The notes below the pieces were generated by a model that saw only the letters and a list, made by a program, of their open reading frames with translations, had not been told where the DNA came from and ran no database searches. DNA of 64,000 nucleotides from Flavobacteriales bacterium (GTDB lineage: Bacteria; Bacteroidota; Bacteroidia; Palsa-965), in assembly GCA_040377305.1 (NCBI GenBank), contig JBEIPA010000014.1:1-64000 (forward strand), written 5' to 3'. The first letter of the stretch is position 1; each line of letters starts with the position of its first letter. This document shows, piece by piece, positions 56,772 through 64,000 of this stretch. A program made the position numbers and the translations under genes.

Positions 56772-58625
56772 TTATCGCGATAGCTGCAAATGCGCCTTGA
56801 TCTGCGATATTTCAATTGGTCCGCCAGGCGATTCAAATGGGACAGCACTTACATGGATAACGTCGTTGGGCGCGAGCTTGTTTGGCAAATTGCGGTTAAT
56901 GATTTGTCTTCCGACGAGATCACCCGGCCACGCTTCGATAAAGTAATACCCGCACCATAACAGGGAATCTCCTCTATTGTGCCAAAATTGTACGACACAT
57001 TGAGTCTTCGGTGCGGTAAACACAAGTTCGCATTGCAGGTCAACTCGTGCAGAAACGGTATCCGCCCCACGGTACACGTAGCGGTATAATTCGCGATTGG
57101 TTGCTGCATCCGGCAAATCAATTGTTGGATCGGAGGTGGTTTCCGAGTTCAGGTCAATAACCCTTTCGGCATGCGTGGTGCTCTGCAGAATCAATAGCTC
57201 AGATGGCTCGTACTGCAATAACGTATCCGCGGCTGCAATTGCGTGCTTTCCATACGGCGAGACAATATAAAAGTCTGCATCGGCATCTTCGGTCTCTGAG
57301 CACTGTACACGCGATACATTTCTCAACCCTTCAAGTTGCAGATAATAATTGATGATGTTGCCGAATTCGTTGTCATATCCCAACACCACACCGCCATATG
57401 CATTTTTCTCAACCTCTGCTTTTGCTTTCACGACGAGAATCGCATTCCGCACATCAGCGCAATAAGCCCACTCCGAAGTGTGTGAGAAGTTGAGTGTATT
57501 GCCCACATGAAACATTTGCAATGCTACAATCAAAGTGCACACTATTCTTCCGATCCGTTTCGGAAACACCGTATCTCGCAATGCTGACGCAAGAATCCAG
57601 ATTACAAGCAGGAACAAAAACAAAGCTGTACGTCCGCTTGGATACGGAACATCTAACACAATGTGCTGAACGACTACTTGCAACATCACCACAGCAAGTA
57701 TAGATGAGAGCACAATAAGTTCTGTGCGCGGTGCATCTGTCCGATTCCTGTAGAGCGAGTAACCCACAATTAATGCAGCGAGCAACATCGATGCTATCAT
57801 TCCGAAATCAGCAACATGCGGAGTGTTGTAGATCTGTCCGTTGAGTGGATAGGCAAGTTTCGCTGCAAGCACGCACACCGTTTGGTTCCACAGCCCGCTC
57901 GCCGTCCAGAAGAAAGCATTTACTTCCTGAAGTTGCGAAAGCACCGGGTAAGCCACACCAATGAACAACGCGAAAATTCCTGCTCCAACCCCAATGGCGC
58001 TTAATTTATTTCCGGTCGAAATTCCTTTCGCAAAAAGTAATGCCATGAAAATGACCGCTGCAATTGCCAGGAATACAGCAAGCATAACAAAATTCGACCA
58101 CATGGCGAACCCCGCAAACAGCAACGTCAACGCGAGATGCTTCAACTGTTTTTCCTTGCTGAAGTATTCGGTTACATACCACAAACTGCCTGCGAGAAAT
58201 CCGAACGACAATCCGTATCCTCTTGCTAAAGAGAAAAAATCAATCAGGTACGGATGAACATTCAGGAATACAAACACCGCAACAATGCTCCATACATCCT
58301 TGCTTCTTCTGGCGAATTTCACGGTGAAATAAAGATACACGCCGTATGCGAGTACATTCGGTAGTCGCAACGACCATTCTGCTATTCCGAAAACCTTCGA
58401 GCAAAGAATCATCAGCCACGTATTCAGCATGTGATAATTGGCGGTGTGCATATCATATTCCGCCGGAAAGAAGTTGGAGTTCTTCACATATCGCTGGAAC
58501 GTAAATGCTTCATCGATGGTAAGGCAAACCGACGAAGAGCGGATACCACAATAGATGAAAAGCAGCAGCGACAATCCACCGAGTATCCAAAACACAATAC
58601 GATTGTTCGGGGAAGATGTCATCAT
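56772..58625 (-). CDS. GT-C (ArnT/PMT-like) membrane glycosyltransferase
   Basis: TIDEAFT; ANYHMLNT; SLRLPN; FSLARGYGL; many TM; soluble C-tail. Confidence 0.7.
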   Translation of the reverse strand: MMTSSPNNRIVFWILGGLSLLLFIYCGIRSSSVCLTIDEAFTFQRYVKNSNFFPAEYDMHTANYHMLNTWLMILCSKVFGIAEWSLRLPNVLAYGVYLYFTVKFARRSKDVWSIVAVFVFLNVHPYLIDFFSLARGYGLSFGFLAGSLWYVTEYFSKEKQLKHLALTLLFAGFAMWSNFVMLAVFLAIAAVIFMALLFAKGISTGNKLSAIGVGAGIFALFIGVAYPVLSQLQEVNAFFWTASGLWNQTVCVLAAKLAYPLNGQIYNTPHVADFGMIASMLLAALIVGYSLYRNRTDAPRTELIVLSSILAVVMLQVVVQHIVLDVPYPSGRTALFLFLLVIWILASALRDTVFPKRIGRIVCTLIVALQMFHVGNTLNFSHTSEWAYCADVRNAILVVKAKAEVEKNAYGGVVLGYDNEFGNIINYYLQLEGLRNVSRVQCSETEDADADFYIVSPYGKHAIAAADTLLQYEPSELLILQSTTHAERVIDLNSETTSDPTIDLPDAATNRELYRYVYRGADTVSARVDLQCELVFTAPKTQCVVQFWHNRGDSLLWCGYYFIEAWPGDLVGRQIINRNLPNKLAPNDVIHVSAVPFESPGGPIEISQIKAHLQLSR

Positions 58626-60481
58626 TTTAGTGATTGTCCGGCCGGCTCGAATACTTCAATGCGGAAGTCGTCCATGTAGACCGCGGTTTTAGATGGGTGC
58701 CATATCTGTACAATCCACTTATCGTCGCGATACAATGAAATAGGAGACATTACTTCGCACACCACCTTCTGCCATTCACCCGGCACATATCCAATACTAT
58801 CGAATGCTGTTGCCTCCCACTTCAGTGAGCGTCCACCCGCATCATACGACACGCATAACATAGGAGGAATCATTCCCGGCTTTAGTGCCGTGTCCATTCT
58901 CATCCATACGGATGCGCGTACCCACTGGTATTCGTTTGTGCCACCGTAGAAATTAACTTCGCGTTTTACACCGAACTCCGCTGGCGGGCGTATCAGATAA
59001 CTTCGCGTTCCACGGTATGCAATCGAGTCAACAATACTTTCGTGAGTAAATGACGAATCGCTTTCAAATGTGTAGAGATAATCATCAACACAAACGAGTC
59101 CCGCATTTTCGGGCATTACACGGGGCTGCGGCCAGTGATCTACTTCGAGAAAATTTAAATCTTCTGCCGTCACTGCTGTTTTTCCGAACACGCGCCAGTA
59201 ATAGGCTTCTGACATTCTCTCCGTATGAATAATACCATGATTGTACTGCCACGTTTGAAAAACAGAAAGCACCAGACAAAATCCGAGTAGTGATGCTACA
59301 GTAATTTTCACCCAGACTGCTTTCTCCCATGTTGCAACGATGAGGAAGCCTAATGGAATGGTAAGGGCAGCATACATATCAATTGCACCACGCTGACTAA
59401 AGCATGCTGCGTACCACCAACACTCCCAACTGAAGATTACCCAGGTATGCAACACGGTCAGCAATGCAATCGACCAGAAGACTTCACGTTTTCGTTTCCA
59501 CAGAAAATAAAATCCGGCGAAACAGAAAATCATGAGCGGTGTGTAAACGAACCAACCTTTTTTGAAAGTGAACATGCACTCGTATAAGAATGGCTTCCAT
59601 ATTGCGAATCGTTCTTCGTAACCATACGACACCCAAACTCCGAGCGAGTATTTCCAGTACGACAACTGGATAAATATCACGGCGCTGAACACTGCAATGA
59701 ACACGAGCAACTTCATTCTCTGTTCCCACAAAAACCTGAATTTTGTAATCAGCGTCTTCCACGATGAAACATTCCAGAAAAGTGGTACGAGAATCCAGAA
59801 GATTTCTGTTGGACGTACTAACACTCCGATTCCTAGCGTAAGACCCATTGCAAAGCTTCTTCCGAATGAAGGTTGTTCATGCCAGCGGATCACGAGCCAC
59901 AACAAAACACAATTGAGTGCGAAACTATTTCCATGCGGCATCACAGTTTCCGAAGCGGCCATGGACCAGTAATTAGTACCCATGGTAATCAGAATCATGA
60001 CCACTGCTGCGACGGGATCATTGAAGAAACGCAACAATACTTTCCTCAGAAACCACAATCCGATAAACGCGTAAATGCATCCTCCAAGCAAAATCGCCCA
60101 ACTGTAGGGTGGAGACAGACCGTCTGCCGGATAACCCAATGGCTCTGCAAGCAAATGTGCCGTGAAGAAGAATGGTGACCAAAGTATTGCGCTTCCGCAT
60201 GGATACTTAATCGACTTCATTCCTTCATGTCCATCGCGCAACTGATACAAAGTTGCAGTCGGATTGTAACGATGTTGCAGCGTATCGACCCACGACATGT
60301 CTTTGAAACCCGGATCATCATAAATGAAAATAGACGGCAGGTAGAGGTAATAGCCATAGCTATCCCATTTGATCATTTCGCCGTTGTTGTAGGCCGGTCC
60401 CCAACCGCTCCAAAAACGGTTGAGCACGAACAAGAAGCATAATGCAAAAAATACGTTTCGTGATGTAAGAAATTTCTTCAC
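58622..60481 (-). CDS. GT-C-like membrane protein with C-terminal CBM-like domain
   Basis: WDSYGYYLYLP; KYPCG.AIL..PFF; LVRPT; KGWFVYTP; tail WVRASVW...WQKV...YMDDFRIE. Confidence 0.7.
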   Translation of the reverse strand: MKKFLTSRNVFFALCFLFVLNRFWSGWGPAYNNGEMIKWDSYGYYLYLPSIFIYDDPGFKDMSWVDTLQHRYNPTATLYQLRDGHEGMKSIKYPCGSAILWSPFFFTAHLLAEPLGYPADGLSPPYSWAILLGGCIYAFIGLWFLRKVLLRFFNDPVAAVVMILITMGTNYWSMAASETVMPHGNSFALNCVLLWLVIRWHEQPSFGRSFAMGLTLGIGVLVRPTEIFWILVPLFWNVSSWKTLITKFRFLWEQRMKLLVFIAVFSAVIFIQLSYWKYSLGVWVSYGYEERFAIWKPFLYECMFTFKKGWFVYTPLMIFCFAGFYFLWKRKREVFWSIALLTVLHTWVIFSWECWWYAACFSQRGAIDMYAALTIPLGFLIVATWEKAVWVKITVASLLGFCLVLSVFQTWQYNHGIIHTERMSEAYYWRVFGKTAVTAEDLNFLEVDHWPQPRVMPENAGLVCVDDYLYTFESDSSFTHESIVDSIAYRGTRSYLIRPPAEFGVKREVNFYGGTNEYQWVRASVWMRMDTALKPGMIPPMLCVSYDAGGRSLKWEATAFDSIGYVPGEWQKVVCEVMSPISLYRDDKWIVQIWHPSKTAVYMDDFRIEVFEPAGQSLK

Positions 60482-60500
60482 TCCATTAAGTTAGTTAAAA

Positions 60501-62345
60501 TCAATATGCTTCTACCGTAATCGTGAAGTGTTTGATCTCTCGCGGAAGCGCCGGGAATGCATTTAAAGATGCGACAACGCAATCTCCTTTTTGCAGGCCT
60601 GGTACAACAATTTTGTTAGTGCCGGCAATCTGATTTTCTCCGTCCGGGTAAATATCCACAACTGAGCTGTAGATCACTTTGTCTCCACGGAATACCAGCA
60701 AGTCCATGAAACCCGTGGACTTCGTTTCAGTAACGAAGTCGTAACTGATATTCAGCAAAGTTCCGATCGGCGCAACAAGTGAATCCGTAACGTATCCACC
60801 GTAATTGTAGATCAGCCTGCCATCAGCAGCTCCGGTAATGGTGTCCTTGATCAGTTCCAAAATTATTCTGCTGGTTGGTTCTGTGGGAAACGCGTTGTTC
60901 TTATATAAAATTGAACCGTTAATGTATTGTTGTTCGGCAATCCAGTTGTTGGTGATTGGCTTTCCAGTGTACTGCCGGGAGATCAGCAAGTACTGATTGA
61001 GCGGGTGTTGGGCCAATGTATCTCTCGACAAATCGAATTCCTTTAGTGGTAATGTCTGCCTGTAATATTCCATTCCTGAAGACCAAAACTCGACGTCGTA
61101 CCCAAGCAGGATGCGCTCATCACTACTTGTTTTGTCTCTCAGATACGCAAGTGCGTCATCTGTTTGCACACTTGTCGGACTATAAAACATATCCTCAAGG
61201 CTCATGGTATTCACGAAGTGCCCGAGCTGAATTCCGCTTAGCAAAAGCAATCCTCCTGCAATCCATCGCTGAAATCGGGATGACAAAGAAGCTCCAACTG
61301 CCACAATCATAAGCCAGGGCCCAACGAGGAATAAGCCTATCCGCTGAACCGGGAGCGGAGTATTTAAAACCCAGAACTGAATCATCACTCCCAACACCGC
61401 AATAGTAATGATTGTCACAAGCACAATCGGGAACAGATCAAATTGCTTCTTTCTCCACTGCTGCACGGTCCACCAAATAATTCGTGCAAATAGGAGTACA
61501 GTAATAATCTGGACAATTAGAACAATTGTTTGAATAACCGCTTCATCGTTGGTTGTATTCATCAGCGTGCATTCAATAACACTGGCTACAGAGTGAGACC
61601 AGAAATCTGTGAACCACGTTGTCCAGAAACCATGTGCTGCAGATATTTTTAACGCGATCGGAATTACGATGGCGAGGGTTCCAAGCAATGCAATCACCGG
61701 CGTGAAAGCGTGCAACAATTTCGTTCTGATCGAAATTCCTGTCACGGAAGGTTGCCACAACCCAATGAAGAACAAACATCCGGTCAAGGGCAATACAAGA
61801 TTGAGATACGTGTAGTTCGCAAACACCGCTAATACAGATGCAGCAGTAATCAGCGCCAGATTTTTCCAGCGATATCCGGAGTTACAATAAATCCACAGTT
61901 GCCAGAATGCAAACGCCATAAGTCCGCTGGCAAGTCCATACCCACGTGCGAGTCCGAAGTATTCTACCATAAAAGGGTTGCTATTCATCAGGACAAACGC
62001 AGCAACGCCAATGAGTGGAGTTCTCATTCTGCGGGAAATCATTGCAGTGCTGAAGATGTACAATCCGCCCGCCAGTAAATTCGGCAATCGCAAACTCACC
62101 TGATCTGGTCCGAACAAATTGTTGCACACCCACATCAGAAATGTATTCAACGCGTGGTTGTTGGCCGACCATTGATCGTATGTCTCCGGAAAAAATTGGG
62201 AGCTGGTAACAAACATGAAATAGCTTCCCTGTTCGTCGACAGACATGGAAACATTAATGACGCGCAGAAGAATGTAAACGAAAATTCCTACTCCTCCAGT
62301 GATGAGAAAAATATCTCTGAGCTGATGAGAAGTCAGTTTACCCAC
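60501..62345 (-). CDS. GT-C (ArnT/PMT-like) membrane glycosyltransferase, paralog of 56772-58625
   Basis: SVDEQGS; ANNHALNT; SLRLPNL; FGLARGYGL. Confidence 0.7.
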   Translation of the reverse strand: MGKLTSHQLRDIFLITGGVGIFVYILLRVINVSMSVDEQGSYFMFVTSSQFFPETYDQWSANNHALNTFLMWVCNNLFGPDQVSLRLPNLLAGGLYIFSTAMISRRMRTPLIGVAAFVLMNSNPFMVEYFGLARGYGLASGLMAFAFWQLWIYCNSGYRWKNLALITAASVLAVFANYTYLNLVLPLTGCLFFIGLWQPSVTGISIRTKLLHAFTPVIALLGTLAIVIPIALKISAAHGFWTTWFTDFWSHSVASVIECTLMNTTNDEAVIQTIVLIVQIITVLLFARIIWWTVQQWRKKQFDLFPIVLVTIITIAVLGVMIQFWVLNTPLPVQRIGLFLVGPWLMIVAVGASLSSRFQRWIAGGLLLLSGIQLGHFVNTMSLEDMFYSPTSVQTDDALAYLRDKTSSDERILLGYDVEFWSSGMEYYRQTLPLKEFDLSRDTLAQHPLNQYLLISRQYTGKPITNNWIAEQQYINGSILYKNNAFPTEPTSRIILELIKDTITGAADGRLIYNYGGYVTDSLVAPIGTLLNISYDFVTETKSTGFMDLLVFRGDKVIYSSVVDIYPDGENQIAGTNKIVVPGLQKGDCVVASLNAFPALPREIKHFTITVEAY

Positions 62346-62361
62346 AATAAGAATTTGTTAT

Positions 62362-63018
62362 TTACAGCGCCATTTCAGGAATGTCGCCTTCTACGACGAG
62401 CTTTCCTGCAGTTGCATTTTTGATTTGCTCGACTGAAATTCCCGGTGCACGTTCGAGCAATACAAATCCTTTTCCCGGAACAATATCGAATACGCCAAGT
62501 TCGGTTACAACTTTCTTCACACAGCGAACTCCGGTCAACGGAAGCGAACATGACGGAAGCAATTTCGATTCTCCTGCTTTGTTAACGTGTTGCATGGCAA
62601 CAATGATATTTTTTGCTGCAGCAACGAGATCCATTGCGCCACCCATTCCTTTCACCATCTTGCCAGGAATTTTCCAGTTCGCGATGTCGCCTTGTTCACT
62701 TACTTCCATTGCACCGAGAATTGTGATATCTACTTTACCCGCGCGAATCATTCCAAAGCTCAACGCCGAATCGAAATAGGCTGTTCCCGGAATTTCGGTG
62801 ATCGTTTGCTTTCCGGCATTGATCAGATCAGCATCTTCATCTCCTTCGAATGGAAAAGGACCCATTCCTAACATTCCGTTTTCCGACTGAAGCATTACGG
62901 TAATTCCATCAGGAATATAGTTCGCAACCAACGTTGGAATTCCAATTCCAAGGTTTACGTAGTAACCATCCTTCAGTTCTTGTGCTATTCGCTTGGCGAT
63001 TCCGGTCTTATCAAGCAT
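62362..63018 (-). CDS. scoB: 3-oxoacid CoA-transferase subunit B
   Basis: VNLGIGIPTLVAN, catalytic QSENG, LINAGKQ, GMGGAMDLV. Confidence 0.92.
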   Translation of the reverse strand: MLDKTGIAKRIAQELKDGYYVNLGIGIPTLVANYIPDGITVMLQSENGMLGMGPFPFEGDEDADLINAGKQTITEIPGTAYFDSALSFGMIRAGKVDITILGAMEVSEQGDIANWKIPGKMVKGMGGAMDLVAAAKNIIVAMQHVNKAGESKLLPSCSLPLTGVRCVKKVVTELGVFDIVPGKGFVLLERAPGISVEQIKNATAGKLVVEGDIPEMAL

Positions 63019-63021
63019 ATC

Positions 63022-63128
63022 AATTAGTTAATGTGCGTATTGGTTAATTGGTTGATTCCTGTGTTTTCTATTTACAACTGTTAACGTGCCGGCATCAACT
63101 AATCCGCACATTAACTGATCAACTAATT
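63022..63128. repeat. Inverted octamer-repeat arms (ATTRGTTR) inside the scoAB operon
   Basis: ATTAGTTA-ATGTGCGT-ATTGGTTA-ATTGGTTG ... ATCAACTA-ATCCGCAC-ATTAACTG-ATCAACTA. Confidence 0.8.
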
Positions 63129-63837
63129 ATCCGCGTTTGCGTGTAGTGCGCTGCTCAATCCTCTTCTCATAATTATTCCCCTGGAAAATCCGCTGCACAA
63201 AAATTCCCGGAATGTGAATGCTGTTCGGATCTAACACGCCAGGCTCTACCAATTCTTCTACTTCCGCGATGGTAATTTTCGCAGCACCTGTCATCGCATC
63301 ATTGAAGTTGCGCGCTGTTTTTCTGAAAACGAGATTACCGTATTTGTCGCCCTTCCATGCTTTCACAATGGAAAAGTCGGCATTGAATGCATGCTCGAGG
63401 AGGAAGTTGTGTTTCTCTCCCTGAAAATCGAATTCACGGGTTTCTTTGCCCTGTTGAATTTCAGTTCCGAAACCAGCACGAAGCCACACTGCGGGCATTC
63501 CGTACTTCGCAGCCATGCAACGAGTAGCAAGTGTTCCCTGCGGAACTAAATCAACTTCAAGTTCTCCGCTCAATAGCTGACGCTCGAATTCTGCGTTCTC
63601 ACCAACGTATGATGAAATCATTTTCTTCACCTGACGTGTTTTCAGCATCAACCCGATTCCGAAATCATCGACACCGGCGTTGTTGGAAATGCATGTGAGA
63701 TTTTTCACGCCCTTTTTAATAAGAGCAGTAATCGAATTTTCAGGAATACCGCAGAGGCCGAATCCGCCGAGCATAATCACCGAACCATCGGCAACATCAC
63801 GGATCGCTTCATCGGCATTGGCAACGACTTTGTTCAT
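63127..63837 (-). CDS. scoA: 3-oxoacid CoA-transferase subunit A
   Basis: GGFGLCGIPEN, SNNAG, SSYVGEN, PQGTLA, KTARNFN, IHIPGIFV. Confidence 0.92.
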   Translation of the reverse strand: MNKVVANADEAIRDVADGSVIMLGGFGLCGIPENSITALIKKGVKNLTCISNNAGVDDFGIGLMLKTRQVKKMISSYVGENAEFERQLLSGELEVDLVPQGTLATRCMAAKYGMPAVWLRAGFGTEIQQGKETREFDFQGEKHNFLLEHAFNADFSIVKAWKGDKYGNLVFRKTARNFNDAMTGAAKITIAEVEELVEPGVLDPNSIHIPGIFVQRIFQGNNYEKRIEQRTTRKRG

Positions 63838-63875
63838 AAAGCAACTGTATTAGTCCTCAAATGTAACAAGGAAAT

Positions 63876-63966
63876 GGGCATTAAGGCATTGGGGCATTAA
63901 GGGATTTAGGCTTGAACTTGATTGCCGGAATACCTTAATGCCCCAATGCCCTAATGCCGTAATGCC
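63876..63966. repeat. Inverted octamer-repeat arms (GGCATTRR), same unit family as 20660
   Basis: GGCATTAAGGCATTGGGGCATTAAGG pairs with CCTTAATGCCCCAATGCCCTAATGCC (25/26). Confidence 0.88.
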
Positions 63967-64000
63967 TGATTCTGCTGTAGCTATGGAGTATAGTCCGAGC

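Overview
64 kb of chromosome from a Bacteroidota bacterium, judged from TAnnTTTG -7 promoter boxes, T9SS C-terminal domains, a TonB receptor/DUF4249 pair and several SpoIIE-type phosphatases. About 50 genes are present: signalling (propeller sensor, histidine kinase, TPR and membrane SpoIIE phosphatases), heme synthesis (hemA, fused hemC-hemD, hemB, hemW), queA, lipB, PGI/PMI, scoAB, an aminomuconate-semialdehyde-type ALDH, a putative stress cluster with a Q/N/G-rich prion-like protein, T9SS cargo, and a GT2 + GT-C glycosylation cluster. I saw no rRNA, tRNA, CRISPR array, transposase or integrase. The most striking unexplained structure is intergenic. About 20 elements are built from 7-10 bp tandem repeats, many arranged as inverted arms and starting at or beside a stop codon. 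One has perfect 34-bp inverted arms enclosing a four-helix-bundle (TIGR02436/IVP/Avd-like) gene. A lone arm of the same sequence sits between a synonymously diverged second copy of the hemC 5' end and hemC itself. Together these suggest a repeat-bounded cassette system with full, empty and scar forms. All calls are by eye from motifs; no database searches were run, so novelty is unverified.
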